Assembly: GCA_017505745.1 (NCBI GenBank)
Contig: JAFVOP010000101.1
Coordinates: 3,680 to 67,679 of the forward strand
Direction of reading: 5' to 3'
From: Clostridia bacterium
Lineage (GTDB): Bacteria; Bacillota; Clostridia; Oscillospirales; CAG-272
Length of the DNA: 64,000 nt
Below, piece after piece: positions 56,273-64,000 of the stretch (positions within the stretch are counted from its first letter, which is position 1; every line of letters begins with the position of its first letter). Position numbers and translations under genes: made by a program. The notes beneath the pieces were generated by a model. It was not told the DNA's origin, made no database searches, and was given only the letters and a program-made list of their open reading frames with translations.

Positions 56273-56896
56273 TCAAACAAATTTTTTTGCTTGAATTCGA
56301 GCTTTTATGAATCTAATAACTAAATAAAAATATATTGCAAGATGATAGAAACCAAATCCAACAAATGAAGCAATACAAATCAATATCTTTAAGGGTAATT
56401 TCATATCTTTTCTTTTATGTATCTTCAGCGAAAAGAAGATTCCCAATATAACACATGAAATTTCATATAACATCGCAGGCAAAAAGAATACAACAAACCA
56501 TGTTTCACCATAATTCAGTCCTTGCATGAAATCATTGGGAATCATTCCAATTAAAATAATCCAAGCAAAAAAAGCAAACAACGGAATCAAAGTAAGCGAG
56601 AATCTTGCGAATAAAGCTCGCTCAGCTTTATAATCAATATTATGATTGAATGATTTTCTATTTTGAGCTGTTGAAGATAGCTCCCCCTTCAATAGTTCAT
56701 CAACGGTAATTTCCAATACTTCCGCTAATTTTAGCAACAAAGCGGTGTCGGGATAGCCTCTGCCAGTTTCCCATCGACTCACCGCTTTATTTGTTACCCC
56801 CAATATCAAACCCAACTCACTTTGGCTCATGCCTTTTTCCAATCTCAATGTTGCGATTAAATTACCAACTTTGTAAATATGGTTCAAATCATACAT
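56273..56896 (-). CDS. XRE-family HTH regulator fused to a 4-TM membrane domain
   Basis: LRLEKGMSQSELGLILGVTNKAVSRWETGRGYPD followed by four hydrophobic spans. The gene is strongly AT-rich. ATG 56896 follows GGGAGGTG. Confidence 0.8.
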   Translation of the reverse strand: MYDLNHIYKVGNLIATLRLEKGMSQSELGLILGVTNKAVSRWETGRGYPDTALLLKLAEVLEITVDELLKGELSSTAQNRKSFNHNIDYKAERALFARFSLTLIPLFAFFAWIILIGMIPNDFMQGLNYGETWFVVFFLPAMLYEISCVILGIFFSLKIHKRKDMKLPLKILICIASFVGFGFYHLAIYFYLVIRFIKARIQAKKFV

Positions 56897-57115
56897 CGGT
56901 ATCACCTCCCGATCAGAGTGTAGCACATATTTAATAAAAAGTCAACCATTTCACTATCTACGAAAAATAGATACAAAGCAAAATCACTCTCTTTTTTATG
57001 TATTATCGCCAATTTCGCCTTTGTATTTAAAAAACAGGGCAATACCTATACCCCTAAAAGTATGAGTGTCCTAAGGCTCCATCCAAGAGGGGATTTTTTC
57101 ATCATCGTTTTACTA

Positions 57116-57148
57116 AAAATCGGCAGAGGCAATCCTTCTGCCGATTTT
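57116..57148 (-). terminator. terminator of the flippase operon (bidirectional shape)
   Basis: aaatcggcagagg / ccttctgccgattt, flanked by an A-run and a T-run. Confidence 0.7.
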
Positions 57149-57209
57149 TGTGTCTGTAAATGCTCTTGTAAAAGCAACAGAAAAACCCTGTTTTATTTCT
57201 TTGAAAAGT

Positions 57210-58613
57210 CTATTGTTTTCTTCTCCGCATCAGCATACGCTTCAAGCTGCCAAGCAATGTCGGCGCGTTGATGGCGATCATTGCCACCGTGATGGCAAGC
57301 GTCCACCAGAAGCGTCCCATAGGATCGAAGGTCATAATCGCCGCCGCACATAACAAGAGCACGACGTTAACGCACAGGCGCGGCAAGCAAAGCTTGAACC
57401 GAATGATCCGCGGCGCGTCGATCATCCGCACGATCAAAACCGCACCGTAGGCAAGCATGGTGGCAATTGCCGCTCCCAGCGCTCCGTGCGTTGGGATCAG
57501 GAGCAAGTTCAAAACGACATTGAGCAGCGTTCCCACCATTGCGCTGAGGAAGGAATGCATGCTTTTTTTGCGCACCATATACACGGTAGCAAGAAAGGAA
57601 ACGATCGATTCCAGCGCCGCCGCGCAAAGCAGGGTTGGCATATAGCGCCACGCCTCAAAATACGCACGGCTCAAAAGCAGATCCGCAAGAAACCGCGAAA
57701 ACAGGATCAACCCTGCCGCGCCAATGAAGATCACCGACAAAAAGCCGCGGAACACCTCGGAATAAAAGGTTTTGCAGGTATCCTCGTCCGAGGACTCCGC
57801 CACGGCAGAAAACTGCCAGGCCTGCATGAAAATACCCGAAATGAGATTGACCACCGTTGGGATCTTGTAAGCGGCGGAATAAACGCCATTGACGTCACTC
57901 CCCCAGAAATAGGTTACCATATAGCGGTCGGAAAGGTCGGTAATCAGCCAGCAAACCGTGGTGGGAATTAATGGGAGGCTGAAATACAAGAGGTCCTTCA
58001 TCATCCTTCGGTTGATAGAGGAGATTGAAAAGACACGCCAAAGCTTGGCGGCGAATATCAAATAGACCGTAGTCAAAATATTCCCCACGATCACCGAAAG
58101 CACGTATCCGGTGACGCCCATATCCCATACCACTAAAAACAGGATGTTGCAAAGGATCGTGAGCAACGTGTTCAGTACCCCCTGCAATGCAAACAGACGC
58201 GTGCGGTCGATGGCGCGGACGTACTGCGCGCAAACCGCCTGTACGTCGGCAAAAAAGACGTAGGCAACGATCAGCCACGTATAGCCGCTAAAATAGGTGA
58301 TCAAAGAAAGCAAGGGCGACAGCAGACAAAATCCGCCGAGTCCGAGCGTCAAAAGCGCAACGCTTGCGGAAAAGACCGCCTTTTGGTCGCTTTCTCGCTC
58401 TGCCGCAAAGCGGAAGATACCGTTGCTGATGCCCACGCAGGCAAGCGGGATCAGGAGATTGGCCGTGCTGGTGATCAGCTCCGCCGTGCTGTACTCCGAG
58501 GTGGAAAGCAAGGAGGTATACAGCGGCATGAGCAAAAAGACCAGCAGCTTGGAGCCAAACGTCCCCAGCCCCAAGATCACCGTATTGGAAAAAAGCTTCT
58601 TATGCCGGTTCAT
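57210..58613 (-). CDS. MOP-superfamily polysaccharide/oligosaccharide flippase (Wzx/SpoVB-like)
   Basis: 467 aa with about 14 TM spans. The N-terminus KLFSNTVILGLGTFGSKLLVFLLMPLYT is typical of polysaccharide biosynthesis proteins. Confidence 0.75.
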   Translation of the reverse strand: MNRHKKLFSNTVILGLGTFGSKLLVFLLMPLYTSLLSTSEYSTAELITSTANLLIPLACVGISNGIFRFAAERESDQKAVFSASVALLTLGLGGFCLLSPLLSLITYFSGYTWLIVAYVFFADVQAVCAQYVRAIDRTRLFALQGVLNTLLTILCNILFLVVWDMGVTGYVLSVIVGNILTTVYLIFAAKLWRVFSISSINRRMMKDLLYFSLPLIPTTVCWLITDLSDRYMVTYFWGSDVNGVYSAAYKIPTVVNLISGIFMQAWQFSAVAESSDEDTCKTFYSEVFRGFLSVIFIGAAGLILFSRFLADLLLSRAYFEAWRYMPTLLCAAALESIVSFLATVYMVRKKSMHSFLSAMVGTLLNVVLNLLLIPTHGALGAAIATMLAYGAVLIVRMIDAPRIIRFKLCLPRLCVNVVLLLCAAAIMTFDPMGRFWWTLAITVAMIAINAPTLLGSLKRMLMRRRKQ

Positions 58614-59257
58614 TTCTGTCCGTCGCGGTAGGTGGTGGAGGTATCGGCCTTGCCGTCCCCCGTGGTGTCGACGTAAACCGCGTCGATCTTACCGTCCCCC
58701 GTGTGATCGACAAAAATGCGGGTCCCGGTTTTGTTTACGTGCTGATTCACACGGCTCTGCCCGATCAGAACGGCAATCACATAGATCGCGGTCAGGATCC
58801 ACACGATCCATCCCGCAACGTCCAAAACGGTTCCAAGCGCCTTGGCGGGTCCGATCAACAGCAGGACCACACCCACGATCAGCTTGGGAAGCTCGGTTTT
58901 CAGCCGCAGCAGCTTATCCTTGGAGAGCAGAATCTCCACCAAAGGAAACACCAGCATGTAAACGCCCAGCACGATCATCAGGATCTTATTGTGCCAAAAG
59001 ATCATCCAAAAGCCGATCCCGGCAGAAAGCAACGACAACACAAGGGTTACAACCCCCGAACGGGACCGCAGGCCCATCAGGCCAACTACCACACCGGGGA
59101 TACTGTAAAGCATCGTAATAACGCCCATCACCACAAAAATGACCTTTAGTAAAAAGTCCGCATTCAGCACAATCAACAACGCCCCTGCCAACAGGCCGAA
59201 AAGGCCAAAGATCAATAAGCTTGCAAGCGTAGATTTTTTCGAATCAGGTAACTGCAT
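58610..59257 (-). CDS. membrane protein (DUF308-like) with C-terminal tandem Ca-binding-like loops
   Basis: About 6 TM spans, then FVDHTGDGKIDAVYVDTTGDGKADT. ATGA overlap with the flippase, and 1-nt gap after coaD. Confidence 0.6.
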   Translation of the reverse strand: MQLPDSKKSTLASLLIFGLFGLLAGALLIVLNADFLLKVIFVVMGVITMLYSIPGVVVGLMGLRSRSGVVTLVLSLLSAGIGFWMIFWHNKILMIVLGVYMLVFPLVEILLSKDKLLRLKTELPKLIVGVVLLLIGPAKALGTVLDVAGWIVWILTAIYVIAVLIGQSRVNQHVNKTGTRIFVDHTGDGKIDAVYVDTTGDGKADTSTTYRDGQK

Positions 59258-59258
59258 A

Positions 59259-59747
59259 TCAGAGATTCTCCTTTTTCAGTTTCGTCAAAATAATAGGAAG
59301 TGCATTGGGATGTACCAACCCCTCCGGCACCTTTCCTGCAGCCAGGCAAGCGCGCACCTCCGTGGAAGAGAGCGTAGCGTGCTCTCCACGCGAATGGATC
59401 ATTTCGGTACGGAAGCGCGGATTGTGCGCGCGATTCCAATCTGCCATCTTGATCTCATAAGCATAGTCGGCTTCATTTCGCCAACCCTTGCACACCGCTT
59501 TTGCGCCAAGGCGGTCGTACAGGTCGATCAGCAATCCTCTTTCCGCTACTACCGTAACGTTCGGGATCTCCGCAACCGTCAGCTTGGCGATCTCCAGCCT
59601 GGTTTGAATATCAAACCAATAGCGCTTCGCGGGATTGATCATCACAGCTACCACCACTTTATCGTAACGCTTAGCCGCCTTGCGCACCAGATCCAGGTGC
59701 CCCAAGGTCATGGGGTCAAAGCTTCCGGGAACAATTACCAAATTCAT
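59259..59747 (-). CDS. coaD: pantetheine-phosphate adenylyltransferase
   Basis: VPGSFDPMTLGHLDLV and ..ISSTEVR-type C-terminal motif (LSSTEVR). Confidence 0.9.
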   Translation of the reverse strand: MNLVIVPGSFDPMTLGHLDLVRKAAKRYDKVVVAVMINPAKRYWFDIQTRLEIAKLTVAEIPNVTVVAERGLLIDLYDRLGAKAVCKGWRNEADYAYEIKMADWNRAHNPRFRTEMIHSRGEHATLSSTEVRACLAAGKVPEGLVHPNALPIILTKLKKENL

Positions 59748-60334
59748 AACGTAATATCCTTTCTGTCATTTGTTCGATATTCTAATACGGTCACCGAAGC
59801 AATTCCGTAATTGGAAACTTTACAGATCTCAAACCGGTCCTTCCAGTCTGCATCCGCGGGAAAAACATCCTGTGGGGCTCCGGTTTCACAAATGATCTTA
59901 GCCTCGTCACGAAGTAACGAATAGTCGATCAATTTTTGCAACGCATTTGGAACAGCTCCCAAGGCGTACGGAGGATCAAGAAATACCAGATCAAACTGCT
60001 TTTTTCGGCGAAGAGAAGCCAGCATTGCTTCATAATCCATGCAATAAATATCACAAAAGGGAGCCAACCGTGTTTTGAGCGCATTTGCGCGAATCACATC
60101 CACCGCCTCGCGTGCGCGGTCGCAGAATACCGCATGCGCGGCTCCGCGGCTGAGCGCTTCCAATCCCATTTGCCCCGATCCCGCAAACAGGTCCAACACT
60201 TCCCTGCCAACGATCTCGAATTGCAGCATGGAAAACACGGCTTCCTTTGTGCGTTCAGCCGTCGGACGGGTATTTTCACCCTTCGGGGTCAAAAGCTTTG
60301 TGCCACGCGCTTTCCCCGTAATAATACGCATCAT
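59744..60334 (-). CDS. rsmD: 16S rRNA (guanine966-N2)-methyltransferase RsmD
   Basis: MRIITGKARGTKL..RPT, DLFAGSG and FLDPPY. ATGA overlaps with both uvrC and coaD. Confidence 0.9.
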   Translation of the reverse strand: MMRIITGKARGTKLLTPKGENTRPTAERTKEAVFSMLQFEIVGREVLDLFAGSGQMGLEALSRGAAHAVFCDRAREAVDVIRANALKTRLAPFCDIYCMDYEAMLASLRRKKQFDLVFLDPPYALGAVPNALQKLIDYSLLRDEAKIICETGAPQDVFPADADWKDRFEICKVSNYGIASVTVLEYRTNDRKDITL

Positions 60335-62199
60335 ATTTCGTTTTCTGCCTTTCCTTTCCGAGTTGTCTTTTCTGCGTGCAGATCCTTCCAAACCGCTTCG
60401 GCATCCCGCACGGAAATACCGGATACCGCCGCAATCTCCGCCTCACTCGCTTTGCGCAATGCTCCCATTCCCCCAAATGCGGCAAGTAGCTTTTTGGCTT
60501 TTGCAGGACCAATTCCGGGGATCCGCGTCAAAACCGAGGTTTTTACCGTTTTTCTCTTTGCCTGCTCCATCCGCCCAACCGTATAGCGGTGCACCTCTTC
60601 CTGGATGCGGTAGATCAGCGAATAGATCTCATGCTCACGCGCAATGCTGATCTCCTCGGTTTCGGTACAAAGCGCGCGTGTTTTATGATAATCGTCTTTT
60701 ACCATACCGAATACGGGAATTAAGATTCCCTTTTCAGCAAGCAGCTCACGCACCACCGAAACGTGGCCTTTTCCACCGTCCAACAGGATCAGATCGGGCA
60801 GTTCCGAAAAAGATCCCTCCGCATCCTCCAGGTGTTCCAGTCGGCGTGCCAGGGCCTCCCGCATGGATGCATAGTCATCGGTGGAACCCGTAACGGTGCG
60901 AATTCGAAAGGTGCGGTAATCGGCTTTGGAAAATTTTCCTTCTTTGCATACGATCATCCCGGCCGTTAAATGCTCGGTACCAAGGTTGGAAATATCGTAC
61001 GCCTCAATGCGCGTGGGATAGGTCTCCAGACAGAGCAATGCGGCAAGACGCGCTAATGTTCCCTCGTTGCGCTCGGTATGGATCTTATAAAGCTTTGCCT
61101 GATCGGCGGCATTCTTTTCCACCATTTCGCAAAGCGTGCGCAACGTTCCTCGCTCCGGCGTTTTTACCGAGATCTTATGTCCCGATGTTTGGGAAAGGTA
61201 TTCCGAAAGCATTGCGGTATCCTCCTCATCCATTGGAAAGGATAACAGAATGCGCGGCGGAACGTATTCCCGATTTTTGTAATGCTCACAGAGGAAGGTG
61301 GTCATATCCTCGGGTTCCAGAATGCTGTCGGCTCCGTAAAGAAAATCGGCTTTATCCTGCAAAACCCCGGCGCGAATATAGAAAACCGATACGCAGGAGC
61401 AGATCTCATCCGAATAAAGCGCGATCACGTCCTGCTCGGCATCGGGAGAGGCCACCACCTTTTGCTTTTCTCCAATCGCGGCAAGCGCTGCAATCGTGTC
61501 ACGGCAACGTGCCGCAGCTTCGTAGCGTTCCTCCTCTGCATATGCGTACATCTGCGCTTCCAGATCCCGTTTTACCTGCGCACTCTTGCCACTTAAAAGA
61601 TCTGCAGCGTGGCGCATGGTTTCTCGGTGTTCTTCCGCTGTTACCTTACCGGTGCAAAGTCCGCTACAACGGTTCATTTGGTAGTAAATACAAGGGCGTT
61701 CCTTCCCGATATCCCGCGGGAAAGAACGAGAACAGCTTGGGAGCTTCAACGTGCGACGCAAAAGCTCGATCAGGGAATATGCCGTTCCCGAGCCCGAAAA
61801 AGGGCCGAAATATTTTGCTTTATCAGCATCTCTGCGCCGGGTAAAGACCAAACGCGGATATTCCTCGTTTGTCAATTTGATATACGGATACGACTTCGCA
61901 TCCTTGAGACGGATGTTGTATTTTGGAGTATATTGCTTGATCAAGGTATTTTCCAAGGAGAGCGCTTCCATTTCGTTGTCGCACAGATAGTAGTCAAAAT
62001 TATGCACCAAGGAAACCATGCGATCGGTTTTGGCGTTTTTTTCACTATTTTGGAAATATTGCGAAACACGGTTTTTCAGCTTGCGCGATTTTCCAACGTA
62101 AATCACTTTTCCGTTACGGTCGCGCATTATATATACGCCCGGACAGAGCGGCAAGGTATTCGCTTTTTCCAACAAGATTTTTCTCGTTTCCTCGGTCAT
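60331..62199 (-). CDS. uvrC: excinuclease ABC subunit C
   Basis: GIY-YIG domain PGVYIMRDRNGKVIYVGKS, a UVR domain, and a C-terminal (HhH)2 IPGIGPAKAKKLL. Confidence 0.95.
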   Translation of the reverse strand: MTEETRKILLEKANTLPLCPGVYIMRDRNGKVIYVGKSRKLKNRVSQYFQNSEKNAKTDRMVSLVHNFDYYLCDNEMEALSLENTLIKQYTPKYNIRLKDAKSYPYIKLTNEEYPRLVFTRRRDADKAKYFGPFSGSGTAYSLIELLRRTLKLPSCSRSFPRDIGKERPCIYYQMNRCSGLCTGKVTAEEHRETMRHAADLLSGKSAQVKRDLEAQMYAYAEEERYEAAARCRDTIAALAAIGEKQKVVASPDAEQDVIALYSDEICSCVSVFYIRAGVLQDKADFLYGADSILEPEDMTTFLCEHYKNREYVPPRILLSFPMDEEDTAMLSEYLSQTSGHKISVKTPERGTLRTLCEMVEKNAADQAKLYKIHTERNEGTLARLAALLCLETYPTRIEAYDISNLGTEHLTAGMIVCKEGKFSKADYRTFRIRTVTGSTDDYASMREALARRLEHLEDAEGSFSELPDLILLDGGKGHVSVVRELLAEKGILIPVFGMVKDDYHKTRALCTETEEISIAREHEIYSLIYRIQEEVHRYTVGRMEQAKRKTVKTSVLTRIPGIGPAKAKKLLAAFGGMGALRKASEAEIAAVSGISVRDAEAVWKDLHAEKTTRKGKAENEI

Positions 62200-62287
62200 T
62201 GCCGCACCTCCCTTTGTACTTCAAAGTGAAAAAAGCGGCGTGCCCGGAAAAACCCGCTCGGTTTTGCCTATGCACCCCGCTATTGCT

Positions 62288-62557
62288 TTATCCGATTTCC
62301 GAAAAACCGCTGTCGATCAGCTCGGTCAGCCCTGCAATCGCCAGATTTTCATCCTCACCGTCAGCCACCAACGTAACGGTCATTCCCTTTGCAATGCCGA
62401 GGGAAAGAACCCCGAGAAGGCTTTTCGCATTTACCTTGCGGTCATCCTTTTCCACCCAAACCCTGGATTGATAAGAATTGGCTTTCTGAATAAAAAAGGT
62501 TGCAGGTCTTGCATGCAGACCACTGGTATTCGTAATAACGATGTCGCGTGAAATCAT
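62288..62557 (-). CDS. ptsH: phosphocarrier protein HPr
   Basis: SGLHARPA (His-15 site) and KSLLGVLSLG (Ser-46 site). Confidence 0.9.
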   Translation of the reverse strand: MISRDIVITNTSGLHARPATFFIQKANSYQSRVWVEKDDRKVNAKSLLGVLSLGIAKGMTVTLVADGEDENLAIAGLTELIDSGFSEIG

Positions 62558-62630
62558 ATCGCTTCGCTCCCATTTTCAAAGTTGTGGTTTTCTCGCCGGA
62601 ATATATACAATGATAGTTTTTAACATATAT

Positions 62631-62659
62631 AGTATACCAAAATAAAATATAAAAATCAA
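62631..62659 (-). promoter_or_regulatory. sigma-A promoter TTGATT-17-TGgTATACT for ptsH
   Basis: On the + strand, AATCAA at 62654-62659 and AGTATA at 62631-62636. Confidence 0.55.
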
Positions 62660-62736
62660 TAGTCATTCTATCGGTTTTTTACGATATCTTCTAAATATTT
62701 TCGTGCAATTTGATACCATTTTTAAAAAGAAAACGG

Positions 62737-63246
62737 TCAATCTTCCATTTTATAGGGCATTTGCTCAAGCTTCAGTACGTTAAAATGCAGTGCACTCCGC
62801 TCGGAATATAGCAATAACGGCTGACCCACCGATAACACGTGAGTTCCGTTTTGAAAAATCGTACCGTCCCGCTCGTTTCCCAAAAACTCTAAGTGCACCA
62901 ATAAATCACATCGAACCGTTTCCTCCCATTCTCCTTGATAGGAGGCTCCGTTTGCTGTTAATACGATTGGGGTTGGGATCCGCTCGGCAAAAATAAGAGT
63001 CCCCCATTTCTCTCCGTCTGTGGTGTATACCGATTCGCCTTCCTCCATACAATCCCCTACAAGAGGATCAACGCCTTCCATAATCCCAACCAATCGATAC
63101 GATGAAAGCTCACCGCTTCCCCCACTCATCCGAAGATTCTGCCAGCGAAGGATCGTCCCCAAAATTACAAAAAGAAACAGAAACAGAAAAAACAGATCTA
63201 AAACACTTCCGTTTCGATCATTGCGCTCTACACGGTTTGCTCTCAT
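62737..63246 (-). CDS. membrane-anchored protein, DUF4330-like (from memory)
   Basis: N-terminal anchor VLDLFFLFLFLFVILGTIL and a beta-rich body. 1-nt gap from the upstream paralogue. Confidence 0.5.
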   Translation of the reverse strand: MRANRVERNDRNGSVLDLFFLFLFLFVILGTILRWQNLRMSGGSGELSSYRLVGIMEGVDPLVGDCMEEGESVYTTDGEKWGTLIFAERIPTPIVLTANGASYQGEWEETVRCDLLVHLEFLGNERDGTIFQNGTHVLSVGQPLLLYSERSALHFNVLKLEQMPYKMED

Positions 63247-63247
63247 A

Positions 63248-63763
63248 TTAATCTCCTCGAATAACCGAAATCACAGTTGCTTGCTCCGCATAGTAGTTTC
63301 CAATCCGAAAGGAGCCGCGTTCCCCCGCCGCGATACGAATATCCGATAGACGGATCCCATCTCCCGATTTGCATACACCTCGTCCCTTGACCGTAATAAA
63401 AAGATCCTCCCGATCCAATGCATCCGCCCATATCAATTTTGCATTCAACACCGAACAAACGCGCGTAGGACGTTTCTCTACTGCTACAATCCGTCCAAGA
63501 TCTGCCGTTGCATTGGCCGAGGTTACCGCCATGCCTACCGGAAACAGCCCGTCCCATCCAAGCTCCTCGTAAAATTGTTTCCGCACGCCCGAAACACAAA
63601 GGGTGTATTGAACAGTTTCGGTTGGAAGCGCAGCATCGCGACGCTGCAAAATCAAATAACCGGCCAAGCAGAAAACAGAAACAGCCAAAAGCAGTAAAAC
63701 CCAATCCACCCAAGAGAGCCGAAGCCGAACCGCTCCTTTTTTTCTTTTACGTTCCGTTTTCAT
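63248..63763 (-). CDS. membrane-anchored protein, DUF4330-like (from memory)
   Basis: ATG 63763 follows GAGGAGG. The anchor is WVDWVLLLLAVSVFCLAGYLIL, with the same architecture as the downstream gene. Confidence 0.5.
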   Translation of the reverse strand: MKTERKRKKGAVRLRLSWVDWVLLLLAVSVFCLAGYLILQRRDAALPTETVQYTLCVSGVRKQFYEELGWDGLFPVGMAVTSANATADLGRIVAVEKRPTRVCSVLNAKLIWADALDREDLFITVKGRGVCKSGDGIRLSDIRIAAGERGSFRIGNYYAEQATVISVIRGD

Positions 63764-64000
63764 ATTTGTAATCCTCCTCGGTAAGCAGTGAACAAATGAC
63801 AAAAAACATACAAAACAATCCGGAATGATACCATACGTCATCAAAAAAGCCCATGATCCATATGCCAACCAGCGCACACATGGCCCCTGTAAACAATGCG
63901 CGCGTTCTTCCTTGAAAGGTTCGAAGACCACGAGCGGCAAAAAAAAGTATCTGCAAAAGGAAGAATGAAACCGTCAGGAATCCGGGGAGCCCCAACTCGG
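63747..64000 (-). CDS. C-terminal fragment of a polytopic membrane protein (5' end outside window)
   Basis: The frame is open to the window edge and has hydrophobic spans. The stop overlaps the next gene start by 17 nt. Confidence 0.4.
   Translation of the reverse strand, partial: ELGLPGFLTVSFFLLQILFFAARGLRTFQGRTRALFTGAMCALVGIWIMGFFDDVWYHSGLFCMFFVICSLLTEEDYKYENGT

Noticed and set aside
62199-62288. Putative terminator between ptsH and uvrC.
   Set aside because: Only short, interrupted complementarity (AGCGG/CCGCT) with a large loop is present. That is not convincing enough to report as a feature.

Overview
This is a dense, mostly housekeeping chromosomal segment from a spore-forming Clostridia-type Firmicute. 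The evidence for that is spoIVA, a pdaA-like deacetylase, a DUF1540 gene, a sporulation-type M14 peptidase and a DacB-like carboxypeptidase. By eye the GC content is about 50%, with two clearly AT-rich islets. Recognisable conserved blocks are: dat; a MutS paralogue; ireB-ribF; PBP1A; two NodB deacetylases; apgM-lepB-rbgA-rnhB-yraN; thrC; tig-clpP-clpX; tmRNA (ssrA); secA; trmL-mnmA; spoIVA; azlCD; rubrerythrin; an Asp-racemase/MurE-paralogue module; uvrC-rsmD-coaD; and ptsH. I saw no rRNA, tRNA, CRISPR array, transposase or integrase. Many intergenic regions carry near-consensus sigma-A promoters (TTGACA-17-TATAAT, often with TGn) and clean hairpin terminators. The most unusual structure is a co-directional minus-strand block of about 10.4 kb (44766 down to 34350). 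It runs secA, then three uncharacterised polytopic membrane proteins, then a 68-codon ORF that is 60/68 Asn/Gln with (NNNQ)x10, then ABC exporter, DUF1854 and a second ABC exporter. Both exporters have N-terminal zinc-ribbon extensions. The block ends against the ssrA promoter. Other points worth a second look are: degraded gene remnants abutting the tmRNA 3' end; a promoter plus strand-specific terminator leader in front of an orphan membrane-protein pair; a Cys-rich protein with a CCCCCC run; a secreted trigger-factor-like lipoprotein; and a second MurE with DNPG instead of DNPR, translationally coupled to an aspartate racemase. All functional calls come from motif recognition by eye. No database search was possible.
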